Shown: positions 24,441 to 32,872 of the stretch, one piece after another | Position numbering within the stretch: position 1 is the first letter of the stretch | Layout of the letters: each line of letters starts with the position of its first letter | Source: Priapulus caudatus | Taxonomy: Eukaryota | Reading direction: 5' to 3' | Assembly: GCF_000485595.1 (NCBI RefSeq) | Contig: NW_014577084.1 | Location: 701,903-735,293 of the forward strand | Length of the DNA stretch: 33,391 nt | Position numbers and translations under genes: made by a program | The notes under the pieces: model-generated | Databases searched by the model: none | The model's input: the letters and a program-made list of their open reading frames with translations, nothing else | Told to the model about the DNA's origin: nothing

Positions 24441-24652
24441 TGGCTCACAGCAGTAACAGAAGGCAACTGAACATTTCTATGTTTCAGCACTGGCACAGAA
24501 AAGGTAGAGCAATTATCCATGCCAAATCCAAGAAGTGTATGGACAGTCTAAATTCAGCCACCATGGGACTTGCCGTGTTAGACTGCTCACCGGGTACTTA
24601 CACACAGCTGTGGGACTTCACATTAGAACTACAAACTCAACACGTAGTGTGA
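1070..24652 (+). CDS. GALNT: Polypeptide N-acetylgalactosaminyltransferase (GT27, GALNT2/14/16 subgroup, closest in motifs to GALNT14/16), spliced, 5'-incomplete
   Basis: 14 exons joined in frame: 1070-1251, 19031-19129, 19528-19595, 19946-20011, 20377-20498, 20671-20758, 21191-21275, 21481-21584, 21925-22051, 22219-22311, 23010-23093, 23446-23572, 23943-24056, 24488-24652 (1524 nt, 507 aa + TGA). Motifs: [36 protein letters not shown] (DxH), [37 protein letters not shown], and a C-terminal ricin-type lectin. All introns are GT-AG. Confidence 0.96.
1328..1662. repeat. Pyrimidine-rich low-complexity tract (CCT/CTT)
   Basis: Degenerate tcc/tct triplets. Confidence 0.85.
2050..2092. mobile_element. 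43-bp palindromic mini-element / putative P-type excision footprint
   Basis: 16-bp arms CAGGAGTTAATAAAGA...TCTTTATTAACTCCTG, flanked by direct ATAATAT (2043-2049, 2093-2099). Confidence 0.7.
3635..3702. mobile_element. Two tandem palindromic mini-elements (3635-3658 and 3666-3702) sharing TSD ATCAGAT
   Basis: ATCAGAT-CAGGAGTGTATCAATACGCTCCTG-ATCAGAT-CAAGAGCGTATAAAGAATGGTTCTTTATACGCTCTTG-ATCAGAT. Confidence 0.75.
3857..3896. mobile_element. 40-bp palindromic mini-element with 8-bp TSD
   Basis: CAAGAGCTCATAATAGA-gatcta-TCTATGATGAGCTCTTG flanked by ATATACAG on both sides. Confidence 0.75.
8325..8460. repeat. Compound (CA)n/(GCAC)n microsatellite
   Basis: Read directly from sequence. Confidence 0.92.
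9022..9303. mobile_element. Non-autonomous TIR DNA transposon (MITE), hAT-like ends
   Basis: 15-bp perfect TIR CAGGCCCGTAGCCAG / CTGGCTACGGGCCTG; direct flanking repeat TAAGCTG (9015-9021, 9304-9310); subterminal poly-G/poly-C; no ORF. Confidence 0.85.
9323..9460. repeat. (GT)n microsatellite with a GCGT tail
   Basis: Read directly from sequence. Confidence 0.95.
12425..12573. mobile_element. Probable truncated MITE (right end only)
   Basis: G/C-run hairpin (GGGGGAGTCCCGGGACCCCCAGACCCCC) ending CCAGTCCGGCCCTG, similar in style to the 9022-9303 ends; no partner TIR found. Confidence 0.4.
13515..13928. mobile_element. Foldback MITE (about 195-bp arms, near-perfect palindrome) with degenerate 8-bp TSD
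   Basis: Arms 13515-13710 and about 13733-13928; termini CACAGGCACTT / AAGTGCCTGTG; flanks GTTGCGTG vs GTCGCGTG (7/8). Confidence 0.88.
16100..16574. repeat. (GA)n microsatellite spanning an assembly gap (N at 16185-16530)
   Basis: Read directly from sequence. Confidence 0.95.
16615..16857. mobile_element. Diverged foldback element (about 100-bp arms), family unknown
   Basis: ATTGTATTATTGTACGG...ATCAATCTAGCAAGATAGC...CAGACAATTT is mirrored by AAATTGTCTG...GCTATCTTGCTAGATTGAT...CCGTACAATAATACAAT. Confidence 0.75.
17712..17798. repeat. (GCGT)n/(GT)n microsatellite
   Basis: Read directly from sequence. Confidence 0.92.
19031..19129 (+). CDS. GALNT: GALNT exon ([33 protein letters not shown])
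   Basis: Conserved GT27 motif; tttcag / gtaac boundaries. Confidence 0.95.
19528..19595 (+). CDS. GALNT: GALNT exon ([22 protein letters not shown])
   Basis: Conserved motif; gcag / gtaag boundaries. Confidence 0.95.
19946..20011 (+). CDS. GALNT: GALNT exon ([23 protein letters not shown])
   Basis: Conserved motif; NAGNAG acceptor aacagcag, donor gtaat. Confidence 0.93.
20087..20307. repeat. 20-bp minisatellite (GCACGTACATAGGCACGAAC-type), about 10 copies
   Basis: Exact 20-nt periodicity over 20108-20220, degenerate at the edges; lies in a GALNT intron. Confidence 0.92.
20377..20498 (+). CDS. GALNT: GALNT exon with DxH motif ([40 protein letters not shown])
   Basis: DSH Mn-binding motif; ttgcag / gtac boundaries. 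Confidence 0.96.
20671..20758 (+). CDS. GALNT: GALNT exon ([30 protein letters not shown])
   Basis: Conserved motif; tag / gtaag boundaries. Confidence 0.95.
20937..20999. mobile_element. Palindromic mini-element of the CARGAG family with filler
   Basis: 17-bp arms CAGAAGTGACATAATAT / ATATTATGTCACTCCTG (1 mismatch); flanks only partly match (GTGTTAT / AATTTAT). Confidence 0.55.
21191..21275 (+). CDS. GALNT: GALNT exon ([28 protein letters not shown])
   Basis: Conserved motif; ttag / gtgag boundaries. Confidence 0.95.
21481..21584 (+). CDS. GALNT: GALNT exon ([34 protein letters not shown])
   Basis: Gal/GalNAc-T motif WGGEN; acag / gtaat boundaries. Confidence 0.96.
21925..22051 (+). CDS. 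GALNT: GALNT exon ([43 protein letters not shown])
   Basis: Conserved motif; tcag / gtggg boundaries. Confidence 0.96.
22219..22311 (+). CDS. GALNT: GALNT exon ([31 protein letters not shown])
   Basis: Conserved motif; gcag / gtgag boundaries. Confidence 0.95.
23010..23093 (+). CDS. GALNT: GALNT exon ([28 protein letters not shown])
   Basis: Conserved motif; ccag / gtaag boundaries. Confidence 0.95.
23333..23383. repeat. (TA)n microsatellite
   Basis: Read directly from sequence. Confidence 0.95.
23446..23572 (+). CDS. GALNT: GALNT lectin alpha-repeat exon ([22 protein letters not shown]...ECLSPRDSQ)
   Basis: Ricin-B CLD..C..Q pattern; tttag / gtagg boundaries. Confidence 0.9.
23943..24056 (+). 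CDS. GALNT: GALNT lectin beta-repeat exon ([38 protein letters not shown])
   Basis: QxW junctions on both sides; acceptor aag, donor gtat. Confidence 0.88.
24404..24439. repeat. (AAT)n microsatellite
   Basis: Read directly from sequence. Confidence 0.95.
24488..24652 (+). CDS. GALNT: GALNT last exon, lectin gamma repeat ([22 protein letters not shown]...[22 protein letters not shown])
   Basis: CxD..C..QxW motif; tttcag acceptor; TGA stop at 24650-24652. Confidence 0.92.
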   Translation, partial: HWHRKGRAIIHAKSKKCMDSLNSATMGLAVLDCSPGTYTQLWDFTLELQTQHVV

Positions 24653-26014
24653 AGGTAAAGTCAAGAAAACACAGGAGTCACCGGGTGAAAAGACATAATA
24701 CAGAAATATGAGAAGGTCATGCTGACGGAATCAGAAGCAAACGGCTGGTGAAGAAAAGACAGACTAGAAACGAGTGTGTAATGATAGAAGCCCGATGACG
24801 GTGGGGGAAGGGTGAGCTTACGGCAAGGGAAAGACGAACAATGGCCCCAAATCCAGACAAACAAATATATAGATCCACAGACTGGCTGGATAATTCAAAT
24901 ACATTGTGGTAATTAAAAATATTTCTCATCATTACTTTATATAGATATCCGTGTGATACACACAGAGTTACAATGCAGTAATACGTTTTTTCAGTATTAT
25001 TCATTCCTAGTTCATAACCATATGGGATCATATCTAAGTGTAATTGGAGATTTAATGGTAATGATTTTAATTTGTTATTTGATGAGTTGCTGATTTCACT
25101 TTCTGAACATATCAAAGACATTTATGTGTAAATGTGAGGGTACTCGCGTTCACTTTACAAAAAGAATTTTTATGGACACATCACTTACTAAAGCCAATAC
25201 TCTTAGAATATAAACATACATATATTTTTTTATGTGCCAGGATAAAGGTTTTGGTAGCTTTGTCAATGTCTTGAATGTTATATAGATAGTAGTCATCTAC
25301 ACATTTGCTTGTACCGTTGTACGACTGTTTAGCTGAAATCTAACAGTGAAACAGTGAATGAATGACTTTTGCGCCCTCTTCAGGTGATTTTTACAACATG
25401 TGTCAACTCGTGTTGAGTGACCACGTTATGTGGAACAACCACGTTTTCTGCAGATTGAAATTTACGACTAGCTACTTACATTAAAATCCATGAAAGACTA
25501 GCAGTAGATAGATTTAAACTGAAACCATATCATAGTTTGATTATTTAGCATAGTGATGATACAGAGGTAGCCACAGTAGCTTTATCAATGATAATTGTGC
25601 CTTTACGAATTGACCACCGATCTATGTGATTCTTACCACCAATAAGTCCTGAATTTTCCAAACATTTTACCAGCGTATTCACCACAAAACATGAATAAAA
25701 TCACACTAGCCTATCATGGCAATAACTGCAACATTTCATAGAAAGTATGCTTAGATAATTGTTAGATAAATTTACCAATGAATACGAAGTGATCATTCTA
25801 ATAATTCTCAGATAATGGGCTTTTCAGTCTTATAGTGAAATAGTCTCAACAATTATACATCATAAATGTATAATGTGTTATATATTGGTTAAATTATTGC
25901 ATGGTATTCAACTGACCATCTGTAAATATGTGCAGTTGTATAGAAAAGGTGCGTTTTTTCTGCTGTATATATTTGTAGCTGTATAAATGAGTGTTCCTGA
26001 AATGCATTGTTGTA

Positions 26015-26020
26015 AATAAA
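26015..26020 (+). terminator. Candidate polyadenylation signal (AATAAA) of GALNT
   Basis: AATAAA about 1.36 kb after the stop, at the end of a U-rich 3'UTR-like tract; another AATAAA at 25694-25699. Confidence 0.45.
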
Positions 26021-26359
26021 TACTGTGTGCTAATAGGATGACTTGTGACAATAGAAACCGAACATTATTATTGCTATACCTAATCTACTTTAAATTTGGT
26101 TTTGTGTTGTTCTATGATACCTGGAATCACCTCTTTGTCAATGTTCACATTTCAAACAAAAACCATTCATTTTCTAAAAACAACCAATTCAATATTTACT
26201 AATCACCAACTTTATACATTATTAATAGTATGGCATGTAATATTGAAACTTAGTGACTTTCACATGGCAAATTATTTGATATTTGGTCTTTGTTGTTGAA
26301 AATATTATAAAGGAGTGCCTGACCAAATAGTAGTTTATTAACATCATCTAGTTTAATGA

Positions 26360-26592
26360 TCAGTGCTTTTTCACTAAAGGAGACTTCTTTGACTTATTCT
26401 TCTTTTTCTTTTTTTCCATTTTTGAGCCCACATACGATGTTGATGATGAAGTTGTTGGTTCAATACTTAACGTTTCCATAGCATCTGTTGTATTGGTTGT
26501 CTCTGCAACATCTGAGCTGGTCTCTGGTTGGGGGCACTCAATCTCCAAGTGTTTAGGGATCTGTATCTGTCTGTCACTGAAGTGGTTACGTA
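26360..26592 (-). CDS. PWP1: PWP1 last exon (VRNHFSDR...[19 protein letters not shown])
   Basis: In phase; basic tail; TGA at 26362-26360. Confidence 0.9.
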
Positions 26593-29500
26593 CTGAAACG
26601 GACATCGATAAACATAGCATTTCTTCTTGAATGTCCAGGATTTTAACTTTCACTGGTGACTTTAATTTTAATAACAAGATTCATATTCTTATGCAATTAA
26701 GCAGACAAACCACCCTAACACATTGGCTTGCCAACACTCACTATAAACTATGAATTTCTAATAATATTAAATATTAAACTTATCATTTCACCTGTGGCAT
26801 TATCTTTTATGTCCCAGACCTTTACCGATGACTGTTCTCCACCAATAGCCACTATATAAGGAGCATCTGGGCATGGGGTACAACACTGCAAGTGACCCTG
26901 CAACATAACAATTCTACATAGTACATCATGAACATACTCTTACATCTACATACTTGATAGATTGAGTACTCATCCTGATACGTAAACTCTAGTCTTGTAG
27001 ACAGCCCTGCTTTTCCAAACTATCAGACTCACATTAACATACAGAAAATGGGTTGACATAGAGCGGGCTACAGGAAATTAACATTATAGAACGTATGCAT
27101 CTATCACACACCTGGTGTACACAGGTGGCCAGCTTAATTCTCTAACTTGATCAAATGTGGCAATCAAATAGTGATTTTGCTAGCAGGACCACAGTGCTGA
27201 TGCCCACTTACTAAGTGCAGGTCCCTCTCCAACACACACTCAGGCTTGTTGTCTTTGAGGTCCCAAATTTTGCAGGTCCTATCTGCTGAAACTGTGGTCA
27301 GGCATCCTGCTATGTGGTTACTCAAGCTTAAGCCTGGAAAACCGCAACATCATACAGCAAAAATTAGTCACCAAAATAACAAGCTGACCATTCTTCAGTG
27401 AAAGCATAATCATGACTATCGATAAAAATTCCAGAAAACTCACCTGTTACGGCTTTTGTATGTGCTCGTAGAGTGAATACTGTGCCAGTCTGCCTCACAT
27501 CTACATAGTAGACAAAGCCAGTCTCTGTTGAAGCCTGTAAAATTTAATATCAAAGCATGATAAATTAATCTACTTCTGTCACATTTAGCTTTCTCACTTC
27601 ACAGGTTTGTGGGATTTTGTAGACTGTTTGAAAGATACATGCAAGTGTAAGCACTTGAATAAAGAAGCAGCTGATGATGCAAAGCATTGAAAGTCACAGA
27701 GGTTTATCACATAAGTACATCAACACACCAAGAAATAGAATGGCTCAAAGTGGTTCCATATTACTCTCTCCACCTCTCCGTCAAACTGCCAGGCTTTGTG
27801 GTTGTTTGATGGATCTCGACAATCAAATAGCATCGCTTTACTGAAAGAAATGCAATCTCTCAAACTCTTGAAGTTACCACTTTCTTTGCATTGCTTGCAT
27901 CTACAACCAATTAAACCTGGAAATACGTTTGTAATTATGAAAATAAAGTGTTACGAATGTGGTTTACCACGATTGATATACGATAATCGATGTGTATTCT
28001 TTAAGTGGGTTTTAACTCATGTAACTAAGGTTACAACTCACTGATCACAGCATCCAGTCAGTAATGACTGACTCTCAAACGGATGCCACACTAGCGACTG
28101 CACCTTCTCCTGGGGCTCTGTTATGTGCATCGCCATCTTCCCTGAATTTAAATCCCACAGACCAACAGTGAAGTCAGCACTTCCACTTGCCAAGATGTGC
28201 CTAAAATGACAACCTTGTATTTAATTTAACATTTAAAATTGAAGATTAATTGCAGTAGAGCCAACTGAAGGGTGGTACTATGGAGAGAATTTATATTTTC
28301 ACCTTAATATATACCTGTGAAATGACACACACAGTTTGGACCTGTCACTATGGCACAATGAATACCACCAGATTTTAACCAAATATTCACGATTTATCTT
28401 GAAATTTGAACTTTACCACCTGTCAAAAATTTTAATCTCACTTGACATGATCAATAATTTTACCAAATCAAAATGAGGTTTTCTTATAAGGCCATGGGTA
28501 TTCGATTCAGCATCATAAACTTGTTTGGTTTTGTTATTCCGCCGAGCATTCTAAATCAGACTTCATACTGAAAAAACTAATACCAACCTACATGATAAGA
28601 CGACACTGCAAGCAAAAAATCCCATAGAGATTTTTAATTGTTGGCTATGTATTGAAGCCTATATATAAAAAGCGAATCACACAATAGTACCGAGCCTGCT
28701 TGTTCCATGAAAGGTCTAGCACTGCATCCTCATGAGCATCTAAGGCTGTGTTCTTGCTCTTCCTTGCCTTCTTCGTCTTCTTTGTTACTTTGCCTAGCTG
28801 ATATGCTGGTTCTATACAGTCGATGACATCAAGGTCCCACACATCAATATGAGGCGACAGTGAACCAACTGCTGCAAAGTTTCCTGCAAAGATGACGACA
28901 TCATCATTCTACATTTGTGTTGCCCAGTACCAACAGTGAAACAGTGTTAGTGGAACCTGGAAAAGCTACTTCTTTAGCTTGGTCCAGGAAACGTAAGCCC
29001 GGCGCACATTGCCGAACATTTTGCTCAAAAACATTATCGTAGCAATGTTCCATGAAATGTTCGGCAATGTGCGGGGAAAAAAGTCGCCGAACATTTGTTC
29101 CGAACAATGTTTCTGAAGATCGGAAATGTTCGTCAATGTGCGCTGAATGTCGAACAATTCTAGGAACATTTGTAAAGTAGTAACCAATAGCAGCACGATA
29201 TGTGGTCACATGATTTTTGTGCCCAATCATGCGCCGATCACGTGACTCTTTACAACACAGCTACTAGACGGCCCCACGAGATTGTTCGCTGCAAAATATT
29301 TGGCAATGTGCGCTCAGCAATTGTCCACCCGCACATTGCCAGACAAAAACATTTGTTCGGACGAACATTTGTTCAGAAAAATGTTCGGCAATGTGCGCCA
29401 GGCTTAAAGCAGCACCTCTCCTCACCACATGAGAGAACAAACATACAAGATTGTTTTTAGACAGAATACCTCACCCAATGCAAATACTGGGTGACCTAAA

Positions 29501-31339
29501 TAAATCAGCAGAAATGCAGCAGTGTTAAAGACTCTCATTCGTAACAGTTGAGGTATTTGTTAGATAAATGTGTAAATATAAATATAAATATTTTACAGAT
29601 TAATAACAAATTTAAATAAAAAGTACTTACTGTATTTTTAACAAGCATAATAATAGCATCAACATCAATCGACTGACATAAAAAGAAAAAATAATGTTCT
29701 GCTGATATCATTGAAAGAATTTTAATATATTTATGTAATTACACAAACTTACCCGAAGAGTTGTCTGATGGATCAAAATCTATCCACTCCACACATAATG
29801 GAAAGGCAGGAAGCAAGATGTCATGATGAATAAATAGCTGTTTTTCTTCCTCATTATAGACTGAAATCATAGAAAGTGTAAAACACATATAAGTACTAAC
29901 AAATTTAATAAAGTGTATGTAAATTAACCAAGAGATGTTGATGGAACTACACATTTATTTATGTAATGAAAACATGTTTTTAAGGTCCAGGAGAATGTCA
30001 CAAGTTCTCCACAGTCAGATATGCTTGTTATGTTAAATTAACAAATGCTATAACAAACAAAAATGTTAAATCAATAGTACACTTGCAAAAATATGATGCA
30101 CTTATTCAAATATAAAATGTTTTGATTACTATCTCATCTGTTTTATACAGCTATTCACAAGCTTACCATAAACATCCAAGTTGCTACAATCTCTTTCTAC
30201 ATGCCCTGCGAGTATCAAGTTGTCTGTTGGCTTGATTACTAGATTTTCGTCATCCTCATCCTGCGAACAATCAAAGATCTTTTCTACTAAACTATTCTGC
30301 ACCAGTATTCATCGGAACAGACATTTTTAATAAAACCTGTCATTGATACCGAATTGGAAAAATGTATATGTTACGTAGCATAAATATACTGTAGCTTAAC
30401 TAACAATAATGGTGAATGCTATAGTGAATAGCACTGCTAGCATGATAGGTCTATATTAAACTCAACAATATGTTCTACACACGAACGTGTGCACGAAACA
30501 ATTTTACCTTGTCATCTCGCAAGGTGATGTATGGGTCTTCATTGTTACTAGCATAGTATGTGAGGCTTCCAATTCCTGACAGTGGATTATCTTGGAAATC
30601 TGTGGGGAAAAAAACAGAAAATGTCAACTCATGTGGTTTAGATATAATATCATATTATAGTTTTGCGAGCTGCTCTGGTAACGACAACCACACCTTCTTC
30701 GTCATAGGTTTCCAGATGGTATTTTGCCATTTCATCTTCAATAGCTTGCATGTCATCAGTGGCTTCATCTTTTCCTATTTCCACAGTACTTGGTTTTCCA
30801 TCTGCATCATCTTCAACAACTTCATCGATGTCCCTATTGAAATTATTTTGATTTCTGAACAGTACATGGTACATTTTAAATTAAATATGTTTCCTTAAAA
30901 TTGCACAGTCAATACCAATCTACCAGAAATATTAAATGGAAGTTATAAAGCAATTATTACGCATTATAACGCATTAACCTTGGACAAATTCAGTTTCCTG
31001 ACTTCGAATTTAATATCTGTAAAAGAGATACTAACTTATAGTTGAATTAACAACTTTCTCACGGTTTCGAATAATAATAATAAAATAGGGTCATGCTTCA
31101 CAATCACCCCAACTAGTGCTCTTCAATATACTATCTTACTTTTACATAGAGACTAAGAGACACACAACAAATGGTCTACAAATGTTAACTGGGTGTGCAC
31201 AAAGAAACAAAAGTATCTACCTACAATGCTCTACTGGTCTAATAAAATAACACATGTAGTGATGAGGTTTTTTGACAAACCTGATGTCGTCTTTTGTTTC
31301 CTCAATGATTTTTTTAAGTTCTTCTTCTGACAATGCTAC
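26360..31339 (-). CDS. PWP1: Periodic tryptophan protein 1 homolog (WD40 repeat, nucleolar/rRNA biogenesis), spliced, 5'-incomplete
   Basis: 12 exons on - in frame: 31339-31281, 30854-30694, 30599-30508, 30260-30167, 29860-29753, 28883-28691, 28200-28042, 27840-27729, 27534-27444, 27333-27212, 26897-26792, 26592-26360 (1530 nt, 509 aa + TGA). PWP1 hallmarks: [108 protein letters not shown]. Confidence 0.96.
26792..26897 (-). CDS. PWP1: PWP1 exon ([35 protein letters not shown])
   Basis: Conserved CPD.P...A.GG motif; cag / gtgaa boundaries. Confidence 0.94.
27212..27333 (-). CDS. PWP1: PWP1 exon ([41 protein letters not shown])
   Basis: WD40 repeat; cag / gtaag boundaries. Confidence 0.95.
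27444..27534 (-). CDS. PWP1: PWP1 exon ([30 protein letters not shown])
   Basis: WD40 repeat; cag / gtgag boundaries. Confidence 0.94.
27729..27840 (-). CDS. PWP1: PWP1 exon ([37 protein letters not shown])
   Basis: Conserved motif; cag / gtgtg boundaries. Confidence 0.94.
28042..28200 (-). CDS. PWP1: PWP1 exon ([21 protein letters not shown]...[16 protein letters not shown])
   Basis: WD40 repeat; tag / gtgag boundaries. Confidence 0.95.
28691..28883 (-). CDS. PWP1: PWP1 exon ([26 protein letters not shown]...[15 protein letters not shown])
   Basis: WD repeat plus Lys-rich loop; cag / gtac boundaries. Confidence 0.95.
28996..29404. mobile_element. MITE in a PWP1 intron (TA-flanked, PIF/Harbinger-like ends)
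   Basis: TIR AGCCCGGCGCACATTGCCGAACATTTT / AAAATGTTCGGCAATGTGCGCCAGGCT (1 mismatch); TA on both flanks; internal reiterated GGCAATGTGCG and GAACATTT motifs. Confidence 0.85.
29753..29860 (-). CDS. PWP1: PWP1 exon ([36 protein letters not shown])
   Basis: Conserved motif; cag / gtaag boundaries. Confidence 0.95.
30167..30260 (-). CDS. PWP1: PWP1 exon ([31 protein letters not shown])
   Basis: Conserved motif; cag / gtaag boundaries. Confidence 0.94.
30508..30599 (-). CDS. PWP1: PWP1 exon ([30 protein letters not shown])
   Basis: Conserved DPY motif; cag / gtaaa boundaries. Confidence 0.93.
30694..30854 (-). CDS. PWP1: PWP1 acidic exon (...[15 protein letters not shown])
   Basis: In phase; cag / gtgtg boundaries. 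Confidence 0.9.
31281..31339 (-). CDS. PWP1: PWP1 exon ([20 protein letters not shown])
   Basis: Matches the PWP1 N-terminal VELSKEEVKRLI-type segment; tag / gtttg boundaries. Confidence 0.85.
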
Positions 31340-31626
31340 CTACATTAGCAAAAGAAAAAAAATACTATACATAACAGCTTGTGTAAAACGTTTGGGTGCC
31401 ATCTCTTGAGAAGACTGTTTAAAATCCTATGCCTTAACCTTAATGGCTTAAGTCACTGTTATTGTTAAAACATGACTTACTGTCATATTTGGCTACAAAT
31501 AGCAGTTGTTGGTACCTTGGTGGAGCAGCTGGAAACATTACGTCCAATTGTTATGAGATACCGGCTATACACGCACCTGCCGCTAGCGGCGCTGATCGTC
31601 AACTCGGTTACTCAGCAACCCGCAAG

Positions 31627-32872
31627 TAGTCAGGTCCCTTAGTGCAAAATATGGGCCGAATCATTACAGGAGTGACAAAAGTCTCAAACTTGGCACAGTT
31701 GTAGCTTATGGCAGTACTATAATTATTAGAGGGGGTGCCCAATGCAGATATTCCTTAGAAGTGAATTACAGATGATTAAATGTTTGAACCACCCGACTCC
31801 GAACCCCCCTACCGCGCCCGCCTGTATACAATGCCAATACATGTACCAGCAGTACAATGCGCCAGTACACACAGTACAGGCGGGCGCAGTAGAGGGGTTC
31901 GGAGTCGGGTGGTTCGAACATTTAATCATCTGTAATTCACTTCCGCGCGCATATATTTGCTAATATATTGACTAATCGTGCGCCAATACGTCGCGCCATA
32001 AATCGTAGGTATCTAGAATTTTAGAAATGTAACTCAAATCCTTCGCGAGATATTAGTTAGTACACTATCCTACGGGCCATAGCCGCGCGTATATATATTA
32101 GCCTATGAGTGATACCGTGCATATATTTTTGGTAATTAATTAAACTATTCGTGCTTTAACAAACTCAAAATTCACAGAGACCATAGCTAAGACATGTGTT
32201 TATATGTATCTAAAATTTTAGAAAATGTACCTCAAATCGTTCGCGAGATATTAGAGTTAGTACACTATCCTTTGGGCCATAGCCGCGTGTATATATTATC
32301 CTATGACGATACCGTGCGTATATTTTTGGTAATTAATTAAACTATTCGTGCTTCAATAAACTCACAATTTACAGAGACCATAGCTAAGAGATGTGTTTAT
32401 AGGTATCTAGAATTTTAGAAATTTAACTCAAATCCTTCGCGAGATATTAGAGTTAGTACACTATCCTACAGGCCATAGCCGCGCGTATATAATAGCCTAT
32501 GAGCGATACCATGCGTATATTTTTGGTAATTAATTAAACTATTCGTGATTCAATAAACTCAAAATTCACGGGGATTATAGCCAAGACATGTGTTTATATG
32601 TATCTAGATTTATAGAAATGTAGCAAGATATGAGAGTTAATACACTTTCATGCCGCCTATAGCGCAATAGCCAGGCTGTAGAGCTGTATACAATGCGCCA
32701 GTACAGGCGGGAGCGGTTAATTCGAACATTTAATCATCTGTAATACACTTCTAAGGAATATCTACATTGGGCACCCCTTCTAATATTTATAGTACTGCCA
32801 TAGGCTACAACTGTGCCAAGTTTGATGCTTTTGTCAGCTCTGTAACGATCATGAAACTAAGGGACCTAACTA
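31627..32872. mobile_element. Non-autonomous long-TIR DNA transposon (TAG...CTA termini, possibly Academ-like) with internal hairpin and tandem array
   Basis: About 150-160 bp imperfect TIRs (31627-31788 vs 32722-32872), starting TAGTCAGGTCCCTTAG and ending CTAAGGGACCTAACTA; no ORF. The superfamily assignment is inference. Confidence 0.78.
32009..32640. repeat. 197-bp tandem repeat, 3 full copies plus a partial copy
   Basis: Unit starts (GTATCTA) at 32009, 32206, 32403 and 32600. Confidence 0.95.

Noticed and set aside
24678..24700. TCACCGGGTGAAAA resembles the start of miR-36-family mature sequences
   Set aside because: No complementary arm to form a precursor hairpin; lies just after the GALNT stop; likely chance
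26593..31280. Intronic snoRNAs in PWP1 (ribosome-biogenesis genes often host them)
   Set aside because: No convincing C/D box pair with terminal stem seen by eye; H/ACA types cannot be excluded without a covariance search
32009..32640. CRISPR-like periodicity (also the ATCAGAT triplet at 3628-3709)
   Set aside because: Eukaryotic locus; whole units are repeated without unique spacers; no cas genes
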